This document shows positions 18,581 through 30,359 of a stretch of 64,000 nucleotides of DNA, in pieces; position 1 is the stretch's first letter; every line of letters starts with the position of its first letter. The stretch spans positions 72,522 to 136,521 of the forward strand of contig HF996867.1 in the NCBI GenBank assembly GCA_000432595.1, given 5' to 3'. The notes under the pieces were generated by a model. The model did no database searches. It was not told the origin of the DNA and saw nothing but the letters and a program-made list of their open reading frames with translations. The translations under genes were made by a program, and so were the position numbers. The stretch is from Clostridium sp. CAG:710 (GTDB lineage Bacteria; Bacillota_I; Bacilli_A; RF39; UBA660).

Positions 18581-18809
18581 AATTATCCTCCACTAATTCT
18601 ATTCAATTATATTAAATAAATGCACAGTCATGTTGAAAAAAACATAACTGAAATTATCCTAATATTCCTATTTAATATAATATCATACGCAGATTAGTTT
18701 GTACATACCATTAATAATTTCACTCACGCTATATATAAATTCCATTGTTTCATGCCGTTTCATTGTATATAAAAAAAATAAAACAATATAATTTTATAGG
18801 TGATACTAT

Positions 18810-19415
18810 ATGGATCAATACGTTTTAAACTTAATAAATAATTATGGTTACTTCGGAATGTTTTTTGGAATGGTATTAGAAGCAGTAATTATAATAATAC
18901 CAAGCGAACTCATATTAGCAACAGGTGGAATACTAGCAGGGCAGGGAATCTTTACATTCTTTGGTGCTTTTTTAACCGGCCTTTTAGGAAGCGTTTTTTG
19001 TGCAATTGTAATATATGGAATGGGTTATTATGGCGGAAAAGGATTCGCAAAAAAATATGGAAAATATTTCTTTATGAAAGAAGAGGATTTAGATAAAACA
19101 GACACATGGTTTGAAAAATATGGATTACTAGCCGCATGCATCGGCCGAAACATCCCAATAATAAGAACATTAATTTCTCTACCAGTAGGAGTAACAAGAC
19201 TTTCTTTTAAAAAATTTTTGCTTTACACAACATTAGGAAGTATTCCATGGACATTTGTATTTGTATACTTTGGCTTTTCCCTAGGAAAAAACTGGACAAT
19301 ATTAACTAAAATAACTTCAAGAATGAAAGTTCCAATAAGAATACTGTTAATAATATTTGTAATAAGTTTCATATATGTAAAAGTAAAAAAAATAATAAAA
19401 AAAAGAAAATCCTAG
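18810..19415 (+). CDS. DedA-family membrane protein
   Basis: YGYFGMFFGMVLE...IPSE..., GRNIPIIRTLISLPVG; 201 aa. Confidence 0.75.
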   Translation: MDQYVLNLINNYGYFGMFFGMVLEAVIIIIPSELILATGGILAGQGIFTFFGAFLTGLLGSVFCAIVIYGMGYYGGKGFAKKYGKYFFMKEEDLDKTDTWFEKYGLLAACIGRNIPIIRTLISLPVGVTRLSFKKFLLYTTLGSIPWTFVFVYFGFSLGKNWTILTKITSRMKVPIRILLIIFVISFIYVKVKKIIKKRKS

Positions 19416-19858
19416 TCAATATAGAATTTTCCACTTAAATAACACTCGATAGTTTTTTTACTTGCAGAAAATATATTAGTTGGAATTCTATCCTTATCAA
19501 ACCATTTCCAAGCAACGATTTCACCCGGCTCCATAACCTTTGCCTCACCAACAAAATCTCTTGATAGCATTCCAACAGAAACATAATGTGCAAATTGATT
19601 CATATCAGTTTGAACGCAAAAAACCTCTAAACTTCCAACATCAATATCAGCCTCTTCCTTTACTTCACGCCTACCAGCTTCATAAAAAGTTTCACCATAT
19701 TCAATGTTACCACCAGGGAGGCTCCAAGAACCTTCTTCATGCATTTCACTATCCGCAGTCAATGAATTATCACTTCGCTTACCCATAAGTATTTGATTTT
19801 TATCATTTATTAATATAACGCCACAACCAGCGCCAATAACTCTGTCTTTACCCATCAT
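19412..19858 (-). CDS. NUDIX hydrolase
   Basis: Nudix box GGNIEYGETFYEAGRREVKEEADI. Confidence 0.75.
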   Translation of the reverse strand: MMGKDRVIGAGCGVILINDKNQILMGKRSDNSLTADSEMHEEGSWSLPGGNIEYGETFYEAGRREVKEEADIDVGSLEVFCVQTDMNQFAHYVSVGMLSRDFVGEAKVMEPGEIVAWKWFDKDRIPTNIFSASKKTIECYLSGKFYID

Positions 19859-19890
19859 AAATCCTCCATAAGAAGATTATAATATTATTA

Positions 19891-21381
19891 CTATTTTTTA
19901 TCAACGCTTATATTATATAAACTAGGACCCTTTACAACCCGACCCTTAATATCAAACCTAGAACCATGACAAGGACAATCCCAGGTTTTATCAATACTAT
20001 TAAAAACCAACCCACATCCTAAATGTGGACAAGTACTTTTAACAATGAATTCATTACCATTATCATCAGTGTAAATTCCATACTGAACTCCATCGATCTC
20101 CTTTATCATAGATTCCTTATAAAATGAGGGCTTTTTATTTATTTTTGACAAAATATAATGGTATCCATTTGACAGATTATAACTTAAATAGCTTGTCAGT
20201 TTGTTTACATTAAACTCTCTATTTGGATCAAAAAGAGTGGAATAGTTATTTTCTTTTTGCATAATTAAATCACTTATTATTTTTCCTGCAATAGTGCCAT
20301 TTGTCATACCCCATGAATTGTACCCTGTACCTATCAAAAGATTGGGGTTATCTTTTTCCAAGTATCCAATTAGTGGAAGATGATCACTAGTTTCAATATC
20401 ATAATTAAACCAATAATACTTAATATTTTCACTAAGTTGAGTCTTCATTACCCAAAATAAATTATCAAAGTTTTTCTCATTATCCATATTACTACCCAAA
20501 TCTCTTTCTTCTCCAGCATATATAATGTAATCCTTATAATCAGTGTGATATCTTAACGAATATATATTATCATCCTCACTAATTGAGTTAAATCTTCTAT
20601 TTTTATCAATAGTTGCTGCACAAAGATATCCTTTTTTAATTTTAGTTTTAAATGGGAAAAAAAATGGTTTTAAAAAGAAAGGATAGAAACAGGCAAGAAC
20701 AACTTTTTTAGTTGTAATTTTATATTTATCCGTAAAAGCAATATAACCATCATCAGTACGTTCTAATTTAACAATTTTAGTTTTCTCATATATTTTAATA
20801 TTATTATCCTTAATAATTTCTTTAAGCCCCATCATATATTTTACAGGATTAAAAACCGCAGTATCATTAACTTTAATCGCATTAATACACGGAAACTTAA
20901 TAGGTAAGCTATTAAATATCTTATATTTTAAATTATTATAATCTAATAACTTAACAATAGCCTCAATTCTACTAAATTCACCCTTTTTATTAGTAAAAAC
21001 AAAAGAATTATTACTTTCAAAATCACATTTAATGTTGTTCTCAATAATTATATCCTTAATAAGTTCAATTGCATCTACTTGAGAAGATAAATATTTTGAC
21101 GCCGTATCAATATCATATATATCAGAAATTTTTTCATATATTGATCCCTGCAGATATGTCAACTTCCCAGTGGAATTAGAACTCTGACCATAACAAGTTC
21201 TAGATGAATCAACCAAAGTAACATCATATCCAGAATCCTTCAAAAAATATGCAGAAGAAAGCCCAGTTATTCCACCCCCAATTATTAAGATGTCAGTCTT
21301 AATATCATTTTTAAGTGTATTACACTTTTTATTCCTTATGCCTTTTAACCAAATACTTTTATTTATCATTTCCTTCACCAT
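19891..21381 (-). CDS. FAD-dependent oxidoreductase with C-terminal Rieske [2Fe-2S] domain
   Basis: N-terminal dinucleotide fold ILIIGGGITGLSSA; C-terminal CPHLGC...CPCHGSRF. Confidence 0.75.
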   Translation of the reverse strand: MVKEMINKSIWLKGIRNKKCNTLKNDIKTDILIIGGGITGLSSAYFLKDSGYDVTLVDSSRTCYGQSSNSTGKLTYLQGSIYEKISDIYDIDTASKYLSSQVDAIELIKDIIIENNIKCDFESNNSFVFTNKKGEFSRIEAIVKLLDYNNLKYKIFNSLPIKFPCINAIKVNDTAVFNPVKYMMGLKEIIKDNNIKIYEKTKIVKLERTDDGYIAFTDKYKITTKKVVLACFYPFFLKPFFFPFKTKIKKGYLCAATIDKNRRFNSISEDDNIYSLRYHTDYKDYIIYAGEERDLGSNMDNEKNFDNLFWVMKTQLSENIKYYWFNYDIETSDHLPLIGYLEKDNPNLLIGTGYNSWGMTNGTIAGKIISDLIMQKENNYSTLFDPNREFNVNKLTSYLSYNLSNGYHYILSKINKKPSFYKESMIKEIDGVQYGIYTDDNGNEFIVKSTCPHLGCGLVFNSIDKTWDCPCHGSRFDIKGRVVKGPSLYNISVDKK

Positions 21382-21541
21382 TACATAATGTTAAATAATT
21401 ATAAAAAATAAACTAAAAATAATAAAATTATAAAAAATGGTTGATTTTTAATAGAATTTACTTTTTAAATTATTTACTTTTTATTGAATTTTTTAGAAAA
21501 TGTGGTATAATGTAGAAAGTTTGTTTAAGGAAGTGTACGTT

Positions 21542-23350
21542 ATGAAGAAAAGAAATATCGCAATTATTGCCCATGTTGACCATGGTAAAACTACATTAGT
21601 TGATGAAATATTAAAATCAAGTGGAACATTTAGAGAAAATGAAGATGTAAGTAATATCTCAATGGATTCAAACCAACTAGAAAAAGAAAGAGGTATCACT
21701 ATATTAGCTAAAACTACCGCTATAGATTACAATGGTTATAGAATTAATATATTAGATACTCCAGGACATGCTGACTTTGGTGGTGAAGTAGAGCGTATCA
21801 TGAATATGGTTGATGGAGTATTACTAGTTGTAGATGCTTATGAGGGAACAATGCCTCAAACTAGATTCGTATTAAAAAAAGCATTAGAAGCACATGTTAA
21901 ACCAATAGTAGTAGTTAATAAAGTAGATAAACCAAGTGCAAGATGCTTAGAGGTTGTTGATGAAGTACTAGATTTATTTATAGAATTAGGAGCTGAAGAA
22001 GATTGGTTAGACTTTAAAGTTGTTTACGCATCAGCACTAAATGGTACATCAAGCCTAGATCCAGATATTTCCACTCAAACAAAGGGCTTTAAAGAATTAT
22101 TAGACTTAATAATAGATGAAATTCCAGCACCTAGTGGAGATCCTAATGCACCGCTTCAATTCCAACCAGCATTATTAGATTACAATGAATATGTAGGCAG
22201 AATTGGTGTAGGACGTGTACACAATGGTAAAATAAAAGTAGGTCAAATGGTAGATTGTATAAGACTAGATGGCTCTGTAAAACAATTTAGAGTACAAAAA
22301 TTGTTTGGTTACCTTGGCCTTAAGAGAATAGAAATAGAAGAAGCAGAAGCAGGAGATATTTGCGCAGTCGCAGGACTTAGTGATATATCAGTAGGTGAAA
22401 CACTATGCGATCCAAATAAAAGAGAACCACTTCCAGTATTACACGTAGATGAACCTACTTTGCAAATGACAATAGGAGTTAATACATCTCCATTTGTAGG
22501 AAAAGATGGTAAACTTCTAACTGCAAGAAAGATAGAAGAAAGACTTAACAAAGAGTTACAAAAAGATGTTAGTTTAAGAGTAGAACCAAATGATAGCGAA
22601 TCGTGGATTGTATCAGGCCGTGGAGAACTTCACTTATCTATATTAATTGAAAATATGCGTCGTGAAGGATTTGAGCTTCAAGTAAGTAAACCAGCAGTAA
22701 TTATAAAAGAAATAGATGGCGTTAAAATGGAACCATATGAGGAACTTCAAATTGAATGTCCTGATGATACAGTAGGTAGTGTTATTGAACAACTAGGAAC
22801 ACGTGGAGCTATAATGGAATCAATGTCTAACCTAAATGGACAAACAAGACTTATATATACAATTCCATCACGTGGATTAATTGGATTTACAACTAACTTC
22901 ATGACTTTAACTAAAGGATACGGAATTATAAACCATTCATTTAAAGAATATAGACCTATGGCAACTGTTGATGTTGGTGAACGTCCGCTAGGAGTTCTAG
23001 TATCAATGGAAAATGGTAAAGCAACTGCTTATGCATTAGGTGGACTAGAAGACCGTGGAGTTATGTTTATAGAACCAGGTGTAGAAGTATATGAAGGTAT
23101 GATAGTTGGTGAACATACAAGAGGAAACGACCTTGCGGTAAATGTTGTTAAAGGTAAAAACCTTACAAATGTAAGAGCATCTGGTTCAGATCATACAGTT
23201 GTATTAAAAAGACCTAGACCAATCACACTTGAATATGCACTCGACTATATAAATAGTGATGAATTAGTAGAAGTTACACCACACAATATAAGACTTCGTA
23301 AAAGAATTTTAGCATATGTTGAAAGAAAGAAATTTGATGCAAAAAACTAA
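21542..23350 (+). CDS. typA: Translational GTPase TypA/BipA
   Basis: [36 protein letters not shown]; full-length collinear pattern. The start is set at MKKRN. Confidence 0.95.
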   Translation: MKKRNIAIIAHVDHGKTTLVDEILKSSGTFRENEDVSNISMDSNQLEKERGITILAKTTAIDYNGYRINILDTPGHADFGGEVERIMNMVDGVLLVVDAYEGTMPQTRFVLKKALEAHVKPIVVVNKVDKPSARCLEVVDEVLDLFIELGAEEDWLDFKVVYASALNGTSSLDPDISTQTKGFKELLDLIIDEIPAPSGDPNAPLQFQPALLDYNEYVGRIGVGRVHNGKIKVGQMVDCIRLDGSVKQFRVQKLFGYLGLKRIEIEEAEAGDICAVAGLSDISVGETLCDPNKREPLPVLHVDEPTLQMTIGVNTSPFVGKDGKLLTARKIEERLNKELQKDVSLRVEPNDSESWIVSGRGELHLSILIENMRREGFELQVSKPAVIIKEIDGVKMEPYEELQIECPDDTVGSVIEQLGTRGAIMESMSNLNGQTRLIYTIPSRGLIGFTTNFMTLTKGYGIINHSFKEYRPMATVDVGERPLGVLVSMENGKATAYALGGLEDRGVMFIEPGVEVYEGMIVGEHTRGNDLAVNVVKGKNLTNVRASGSDHTVVLKRPRPITLEYALDYINSDELVEVTPHNIRLRKRILAYVERKKFDAKN

Positions 23351-23397
23351 TTTCTTTTTTTCTTGCATTGATGTATAATTAATCTAGGAGTGATAAA

Positions 23398-23916
23398 ATG
23401 GAAAAGAAAAACATAGAAGAAGAAAAACAAATACCTTTAAAAAACTATATATATGTAATAGTTATGTTTATACTAGTAATACTTGCAGTTCTAGGATTGA
23501 GTACTTGGTATAGAAATTATAAAAAATATGAGTTTAGTACACCAGTAATAAGCGGCAAAGTTCAAGAAATTAGTAAAAATGAATTCAAAGAATATGTAAA
23601 TAGTCATGATAATTTCTATTTATATATAGGTACAGCAGATAATAAAGCATGTCGTGATCTAGAGATGAATCTAGTTGATTTGCTTAATAAATATAATGTG
23701 AAAAATGATACAGTATACTTAAATGCAAGCAACGCAAGTAAAGATGAGATAACAGAATTATTAAAAGAATATGGTTATAATGGTAAAAAAATAACTTATC
23801 CAGCATTCTTAGTAGTAAAAGATAATTACGTAATCGCATATCAAATGAAAGATGCTAATAGCTTAACAATTAGAGATATAGAAAAATTAATACAAGCAAG
23901 CGGAGTAGTAAAGTAA
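23398..23916 (+). CDS. Membrane-anchored thioredoxin-fold-like protein
   Basis: One N-terminal TM segment. Size and layout resemble 44262-44759, but the CxxC motif is absent. Confidence 0.4.
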   Translation: MEKKNIEEEKQIPLKNYIYVIVMFILVILAVLGLSTWYRNYKKYEFSTPVISGKVQEISKNEFKEYVNSHDNFYLYIGTADNKACRDLEMNLVDLLNKYNVKNDTVYLNASNASKDEITELLKEYGYNGKKITYPAFLVVKDNYVIAYQMKDANSLTIRDIEKLIQASGVVK

Positions 23917-23917
23917 A

Positions 23918-24427
23918 ATGATAAATATAGTTTTATATGAACCAGAAATACCAACCAATACTGGTAATATTATGCGTACTTGCGTCGCAACTAACACAAG
24001 ACTTCATTTAATTGAACCTCTTGGATTTTCGCTGGATGAGAAAAGTGTAAAGAGAAGTGGAGTAAACTATATTGATAAATTAGAGTATTATGTATATAAG
24101 AACTGGGAAGACTTTACTTCAAAAAATAATGGGGAGTATTACTTCTTTACAAGATATGGTCATAAGCCTCATTCCTCATTCAATTATAGTGATACTTCAA
24201 AAGATATATATTTAATATTTGGCAAAGAATCAACTGGTATTCCAAAAGAAATATTAAGACCCAATATAGATAGATGCATGAGAATACCTATGACTAAAAA
24301 TGTACGTGCTCTAAACTTATCAAATTGTTGTGCAATAGTAGTCTATGAAGTGCTAAGACAAAGAAATTATGAAGGATTATTGTTTGATGAGCCTCATAAA
24401 GATAAAGATTTTATAAATTTAGATTAA
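23918..24427 (+). CDS. trmL: tRNA (cytidine/uridine-2'-O)-methyltransferase TrmL (SpoU family)
   Basis: IVLYEPEIPTNTGNIMRTC and LIFGKESTGIP...RIPM...RALNLSN. Confidence 0.8.
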   Translation: MINIVLYEPEIPTNTGNIMRTCVATNTRLHLIEPLGFSLDEKSVKRSGVNYIDKLEYYVYKNWEDFTSKNNGEYYFFTRYGHKPHSSFNYSDTSKDIYLIFGKESTGIPKEILRPNIDRCMRIPMTKNVRALNLSNCCAIVVYEVLRQRNYEGLLFDEPHKDKDFINLD

Positions 24428-24493
24428 AATATAAAAAAAGTGCTTGACAATAAAATAACTATAGTGATATTATTAATTCACTGAGTTATTTAT

Positions 24494-24569
24494 GGGGCAT
24501 TAGCTCAGCTGGGAGAGCGCCACGTTTGCACCGTGGAGGTCAGCGGTTCGATCCCGCTATGCTCCACCA
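24494..24569 (+). tRNA. tRNA-Ala (anticodon UGC)
   Basis: GGGGCAT acceptor with the G3:U70 identity pair, anticodon loop TTTGCAC, T-loop TTCGATC, encoded CCA. Terminator hairpin at 24580-24603. Confidence 0.95.
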
Positions 24570-24791
24570 TAATGTAATTAACCTTGATTTATCAAGGTTT
24601 TTATTTGTAAAAAATAATGTTTTATTTAACCAATACTATTGAGTATTGGTTATTTTTAGTTTATATAATTTTTTTGAGGATTGTATAATTGAGTTAATAA
24701 ATCTTTTTTTCCTTTAAAAAAGTTGACATAAAGTTAAAAAAAATTTATACTTAAATAGTATTAAGATATTAAAATAAGGAGTGAGTATAAA

Positions 24792-26165
24792 GTGAGAAAA
24801 GCAAAATTTAAATTTTCGGAAGTAAATGAAGAAACACCAGAAGAGAAAAAAGAAAAGAAATGGGAAATAATAGGAGTTACAGTTACACTAGTAGTACTTG
24901 TAATAGCAATTCTTTATGTTTGGGTAATTAAACCTAAAAAGGATTTACAAGCAAAAGATCAACAGGCATTATTAACTCCATCAATATTCTTTACAGATAC
25001 AATTAATGGAGATAGGGTGTATATAAATGGTAAAATTGTATATTTTGGTAATAAAGATTTTTATTATGTTACCAAAGTTTATCAAAATGGTAAAAACACA
25101 AAAACATACCCTTGTGTATCTATAAATTGTAAGACATGTAATCCAGCAACATATAATTTTACACAAACAAAAGCACCAACATATTATGAAATAACAACAT
25201 ATAAAGACAACAAATGTAAAAACAAATCAAGAACATTTAGAACAAAAACTTATCAAAAAACAAATTCAAGTTCAGGGACTTCTCCAAGTAGCCCAAAAGC
25301 AGCACTAACAATAACACAACCATCACAAACAACATATACAAAAGATAAATCAGTAGCTGATATTTATTTTAAACATAATCAAAATAAAACAATGTATTAT
25401 ACATTTATGGCATTTAATAATGGCAGTCAAGGGTATACAGATACTTGTCATACAATTGCCAAAGGAGAATCTAAACACTATACCCTTGAGGTTAAACAAA
25501 CTTCTCCTAAAAGATATGCGATTATAAAATTGTATAGTGATAATAAGTGCAGTAAACTTGTTGATTCAAAACAAACTAAAACATTTACGTATCAAGCACC
25601 AAGTAAAGTATATAATAATAATGGGTTTATAATGTTAAAAAGCTATAATTGGAATATTATTCATGACCATTTTGTTGCACAAAAGAGTGGATCAAGTAAT
25701 TGTATGGATCTAGCATTATCATATGCAGTTACAATGTTAAGAATAGGAAATGGATATTCAAGCAATAATTTAGGAAGTGGCCCTAAAAATCCATATTGTA
25801 GGAACTATAAATCTTATGGAGCAACAGAAAATCTCCTATTAAATGCAAAAACAAACAAAAAACCAAGAGATACACATGATTTATATGAAAAAATAATTCA
25901 AGAAATAAATGCAGGTAGACCATCAGTTGTTTATATTAATGGATCTCACGGACAACATTATGTAACAATAATTGGATATAGATCAGGTGTAAATGCAAGA
26001 ACAATCACATGGAAAGATGTTATGGTACTAGATCCAACAGGAATGAAGAGACTTACGCTATATGAAATTACCTCAAAAGGATCATTTAGAAAATATAATG
26101 GGAAATATAGACTATTTACATGGCCGGCAAATAGCAATGGTAAATTCTGTAACGGGAAATTCTAA
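24792..26165 (+). CDS. Membrane-anchored secreted protein with C-terminal papain/C39-like cysteine peptidase domain
   Basis: GTG start after AAGGAG and an N-terminal TM segment. Two Cys-containing repeat modules. C-terminal SSNCMDLALSYA ... HGQHYVTIIGY ... VLDP gives the Cys/His/Asp order. Confidence 0.45.
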   Translation: MRKAKFKFSEVNEETPEEKKEKKWEIIGVTVTLVVLVIAILYVWVIKPKKDLQAKDQQALLTPSIFFTDTINGDRVYINGKIVYFGNKDFYYVTKVYQNGKNTKTYPCVSINCKTCNPATYNFTQTKAPTYYEITTYKDNKCKNKSRTFRTKTYQKTNSSSGTSPSSPKAALTITQPSQTTYTKDKSVADIYFKHNQNKTMYYTFMAFNNGSQGYTDTCHTIAKGESKHYTLEVKQTSPKRYAIIKLYSDNKCSKLVDSKQTKTFTYQAPSKVYNNNGFIMLKSYNWNIIHDHFVAQKSGSSNCMDLALSYAVTMLRIGNGYSSNNLGSGPKNPYCRNYKSYGATENLLLNAKTNKKPRDTHDLYEKIIQEINAGRPSVVYINGSHGQHYVTIIGYRSGVNARTITWKDVMVLDPTGMKRLTLYEITSKGSFRKYNGKYRLFTWPANSNGKFCNGKF

Positions 26166-26260
26166 TAATACATAAATTATTGGCAAAGCAAGTGTAAACA
26201 CGCTTGCTTTTAGTTTACATAAAAATAAGAAAATGATATTATAAAATTGAAGGTGATAAT

Positions 26261-27736
26261 ATGAATGATAAAAACAAAAATGAAGTAATTAAGTGGTCTA
26301 CTAGAATAACAAGCTTATTTCTAAGTACAGTAACCGCAGTAACAATGGCTGGTTGTAAATTAAATAAAAATAAGAATAATAATGAAAACACAATTACAAC
26401 CACTTCAATATCAATGGAGTCAGAAAACACTTCACCTATAAGTGAATCATTACCAGATACAGACACAGTTGAAATTACAAAATTAGAAGCTGAGCAAAGA
26501 AGGAAAATACAAGATGAAAAAGAATACAAAAAATTAAAACCAGAACTAGATAATGCTATAAAAAAATATCCGAGTGAGGTTCAAAAAGAATTAAAGGAAC
26601 TTTTCGATACAGTGTATACAAATTATGATGATATTTATAATTTATTAAAATTCAGTAAAATACCCAAGAAGGAGGAACTGATAAACAATTTATTAATAAA
26701 CCCACTAAAAAATAATATTAAAACAATTAAATTTACAAATACAGGATCAAGTAGTTATTTTGATTATGATAAGAAAGAAATTTGTATTGCAAAGGAAAAT
26801 GAAAAAGTAAGAAAAAATGTACTTTTTGAAGAAATAATTCATTCAACACAAATGAATGTAATAAACAAATTAGATTCAACAACTGCTGAATATTGTAACT
26901 GGGGTGAAGGTGAGGCAAATGCATGGGCATATATGTTAACTTATCCAACTATAGAAAATGAATCCGATGTGCTTTTCTATCCTGAAAAAGGAAATGAAGA
27001 TAAGATGTATACTTTCTTTGGCACAGGTAATTCATTTTACACTCTAGCAACTAGATACTATATGCAATTGTTAACGTTAGTTGGATATGATGCTGTAGAA
27101 GAATTTAAAAAGAATCCAGACTCATCAAAAATTGTAGAAATATTATCTTCCAAATATGGAATAGATGGAAAAACATATTATGATAATATGCAAAAAGTAA
27201 CTGAGTCAGCTATGAATTATGAAGACTCAAAAAATATAGATTTATTGGTAAGAAATGAAGAAATCTATTTTGAATGCTTAGAAAAAGAATTATCTTGTGC
27301 AAACAGTAATGATGAAGTCTTAGAACAATTTAATTATTCTAGATATTATAATAGTCAATATGCTGGACTATATCAGACATATAAAGGTGGAAGATACGTT
27401 AGCGAAAAATATATGAGTGCTAAAGAAAACTATTTAAAAAATTTGTTTTTAAAAGTAGAAGATACAGGAGCATTGAATGGATTGGCATCTGATTCAGATG
27501 AACGATTTAAAATATTTTATGCTATAATGAATCCTGAAGTTGATATACATAATGAAGGTAAGCAACCAGTATCATTAGCAACATCTAAAATAACATATGA
27601 TGGAACTTATGTAGGAATAAGCAATTCAAAATCTTCAGTAAATATTAATACTGAAACAAGAATAATTACACCTGCTAGTAAAAACACGATTGGATACAAT
27701 ATTTTTAGTACTCAAAGTGAACAAAAAGTAAGATAA
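26261..27736 (+). CDS. Lipoprotein, function unknown
   Basis: Lipobox-like VTMAGC at residues about 27-32. Confidence 0.55.
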   Translation: MNDKNKNEVIKWSTRITSLFLSTVTAVTMAGCKLNKNKNNNENTITTTSISMESENTSPISESLPDTDTVEITKLEAEQRRKIQDEKEYKKLKPELDNAIKKYPSEVQKELKELFDTVYTNYDDIYNLLKFSKIPKKEELINNLLINPLKNNIKTIKFTNTGSSSYFDYDKKEICIAKENEKVRKNVLFEEIIHSTQMNVINKLDSTTAEYCNWGEGEANAWAYMLTYPTIENESDVLFYPEKGNEDKMYTFFGTGNSFYTLATRYYMQLLTLVGYDAVEEFKKNPDSSKIVEILSSKYGIDGKTYYDNMQKVTESAMNYEDSKNIDLLVRNEEIYFECLEKELSCANSNDEVLEQFNYSRYYNSQYAGLYQTYKGGRYVSEKYMSAKENYLKNLFLKVEDTGALNGLASDSDERFKIFYAIMNPEVDIHNEGKQPVSLATSKITYDGTYVGISNSKSSVNINTETRIITPASKNTIGYNIFSTQSEQKVR

Positions 27737-27802
27737 TAATTAAGGTTCTTTTTTACAAATAGATTAATATAATTTAGTGTAGAAAGGAATGAGTTAATAA
27801 TT

Positions 27803-28063
27803 ATGGAAACACTTAAAGTATCCAGCAAATCAAATCCTAATAGTGTTGCGGGAGCACTAGCTAATGTATTTAGAGAAAAAGGAACTGTAGAAATACAAGC
27901 AATAGGTGCAGGAGCTCTTAATCAAGCAATTAAAGCAATTGCTATCGCAAGAGGATTTGTTGCACCATCAGGTAAAAACTTAATATGCATACCAGCATTC
28001 TCTGATATAACAATAGAAGGAGAAGAAAGAACTGCAATAAAATTAATAGTAGAGGCAAGATAG
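27803..28063 (+). CDS. spoVS: Stage V sporulation protein S
   Basis: LKVSSKSNPNSVAGALA...IQAIGAGALNQAIKAIAIARGF...ERTAIKLIVE is nearly collinear with Bacillus SpoVS. Confidence 0.9.
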   Translation: METLKVSSKSNPNSVAGALANVFREKGTVEIQAIGAGALNQAIKAIAIARGFVAPSGKNLICIPAFSDITIEGEERTAIKLIVEAR

Positions 28064-28141
28064 CCTCTTTTTCTTTTAAAAAAATTGATTTTGCTAAAAA
28101 TGTGTGCTATTATCTTTATAGGATAAAGAGGAGTGATACAA

Positions 28142-28384
28142 ATGGAAAATCAAAAATTTGAAATTGAAATAGATGGAATTTTAAAAGAAGCAACAGTATT
28201 AAAAGTAGTAAATATAGATGATAGAAAGTATGTAGTTTATACAGTAGACAGTTCTATAGAAAACGCAGATGTATATGCATCTGAAGTAATAAAAGATCAA
28301 GAAGGATATGATAAATTAATAGATATTGAGGATCCTAAGATCAGACAAAATATCTTTGAAATAGTAAATATTATATTTTCGTAA
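28142..28384 (+). CDS. DUF1292-like small protein
   Basis: RBS AGAGGAG. Small and acidic (EIDGILKEATVLKVV...KYVVY). Confidence 0.45.
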   Translation: MENQKFEIEIDGILKEATVLKVVNIDDRKYVVYTVDSSIENADVYASEVIKDQEGYDKLIDIEDPKIRQNIFEIVNIIFS

Positions 28385-28398
28385 TAGGATGTGATAAA

Positions 28399-29319
28399 AT
28401 GAACATTAGGGACACATTAAATGAAGAAATAGAAAAAATAAATGCCGAAAAAGAAGAATCAGAAAAGAGAATAGCCGAATTACAAGCACAGATAGAAAGC
28501 CTTAGTAAGGAATTAGAAAAGAAAAGAAGAATGACTGACATACTTAAACAAGCACTTGCAAATATAGACGCATTAGAAGAAGAAATAAAAGAAACTTCAA
28601 AAGAAGAAGAAATTGTAGAAGAAAAGCAACCTATACAAGAAGAAAAGGATTCTAAATTAAAATTTAATACAGTACAGAAAGCAAAAGCAAGGCTATGTCA
28701 ATTAGGAGTTGCAGTTAAAAGTAAAATTCCTACTGCTACAGATATAAAAGAAAAATTAGCTTCTGCTGCAATAAGTGCCGGTTATATGCTTGAAACAACA
28801 AGAGACAATATAGAAAATTTTACATCCGAATTGATAGAAAGATTTACAGAAAAAAGAGAAAAGTATGAACAAAAAATAACGGAATCTAAAAAAGCCAAAG
28901 AAACCAAAAGAACTGTTGAAGAAGCCCAGTATGAAAGTGATAACATACTAAACTTTAATCCTAGACAACCAGAAGCAACAAAATCATCAAAACTGGGAAT
29001 AGTATCAAAAAAAGTAATAGATACGCTAAAACTAACTAATATAGATTTAAAAATAGAAAAAGCATTCTTAGAAGCAGGCATATCAGTAAAAAATTATGTA
29101 GAAAAAACAACAGATATAATTAATAACAAAGTAGAAAAAATTAGAAGTATTCCATCTAATGCAATAGAAAAATATCAACAGTGGCAACAAGGAAGAATAG
29201 ATAAAAGGACTGAATTACAAAATCAAATTAACAGTCTAAAAGGAATGAAAGCACAAGTACTTAATGCACAAGATCCTATAGCTGAACAGCTAGTTGAACA
29301 ACCTGCAAAAACAATGTAA
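28399..29319 (+). CDS. Coiled-coil protein, function unknown
   Basis: Heptad-rich, E/K-rich sequence, 306 aa. Confidence 0.5.
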   Translation: MNIRDTLNEEIEKINAEKEESEKRIAELQAQIESLSKELEKKRRMTDILKQALANIDALEEEIKETSKEEEIVEEKQPIQEEKDSKLKFNTVQKAKARLCQLGVAVKSKIPTATDIKEKLASAAISAGYMLETTRDNIENFTSELIERFTEKREKYEQKITESKKAKETKRTVEEAQYESDNILNFNPRQPEATKSSKLGIVSKKVIDTLKLTNIDLKIEKAFLEAGISVKNYVEKTTDIINNKVEKIRSIPSNAIEKYQQWQQGRIDKRTELQNQINSLKGMKAQVLNAQDPIAEQLVEQPAKTM

Positions 29320-29486
29320 TAGTAACAATAGTAAAGGCATACTTTACTATTTTTTTCATATAATAAAAGTAAGAAGTTAAAAAAATCAAACAAAGATTTG
29401 ACAAAGTTCGATTTTTATGTTATAATACAGACACATTTGGAAAATAGGGGTTCCAGTAATAAAAGAATTTAGGGGGTTGAATACAA

Positions 29487-29906
29487 ATGAAACAAGGATA
29501 TATTTTTGAATACCTTAATGAGAATGATTTTAGAAAAAAAGAAAGAACAGTAAGAAAGTATAACATGCTTGCTTATAAAAAATTAACATTTGAATATTAT
29601 CCAGAAATGAGAAATGGTAATTTCTTAGGAGAAGTAGTAAGTGTAAATAAAAAAGAGAAAACTAAAGACTATGAATTAAAACTTCCTACAGATGAATTAT
29701 TTGCAAAAGTTCATGGTGAAATAAGACTTCATTACACTGTATATGATGACAAAAACATTATATTACTTACAAATATAACTCCAGAAGGAATATTAGATGA
29801 AGCTCATAGAGCAGAATTATCTACTTATAAAGGTGTTATGATTTCTAAATCAAATCCAGAAAAAGATATGTTTAAAATAAATTTATTAAATATGTTACAA
29901 AAATAG
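29487..29906 (+). CDS. Hypothetical protein
   Basis: TTGACA-17-TATAAT promoter at about 29399-29430 and RBS AGGGGG; no motif recognised. Confidence 0.45.
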   Translation: MKQGYIFEYLNENDFRKKERTVRKYNMLAYKKLTFEYYPEMRNGNFLGEVVSVNKKEKTKDYELKLPTDELFAKVHGEIRLHYTVYDDKNIILLTNITPEGILDEAHRAELSTYKGVMISKSNPEKDMFKINLLNMLQK

Positions 29907-29954
29907 CCAATTATGACTATTTTTTTTTATTTAAAAATTGTATAATTATACTAG

Positions 29955-30359
29955 GTGATGATAGTGAAAAATAATAAAGGATTTACATTAGTAGAAACAA
30001 TAGCGGTTATTATTATATTAGGAGTTGTATTGTCAATAGCAGTACCCTCTATAACAAACGTAGTAAAAAGTACAAATAAAAACAGAATGATATCAGATGC
30101 AGAAACATTTATTTCAGAAGTAAAAGAATATGTTGAAAGTGATACAATAGGGAATACTCCAAGTGACAACAAATATACATTGGAAGATATTAAAGGTAAA
30201 ACCAAATTAAGTAAGTCTCCATATGGCGAGGAATATAAAAAAAATTCATATGTAGATATTACTAATTACAGTGTATGCTTAACAGATGGTGAATACAAAG
30301 CTACTACTGAGACAGAAGGAAGTATTAAAGTAGAGAAAGGAAACTGCTCAAATGGATAA
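29955..30359 (+). CDS. Type IV pilin / pseudopilin-like protein
   Basis: Prepilin leader and methylation motif KG-FTLVETIAVIIILGV. Confidence 0.75.
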   Translation: MMIVKNNKGFTLVETIAVIIILGVVLSIAVPSITNVVKSTNKNRMISDAETFISEVKEYVESDTIGNTPSDNKYTLEDIKGKTKLSKSPYGEEYKKNSYVDITNYSVCLTDGEYKATTETEGSIKVEKGNCSNG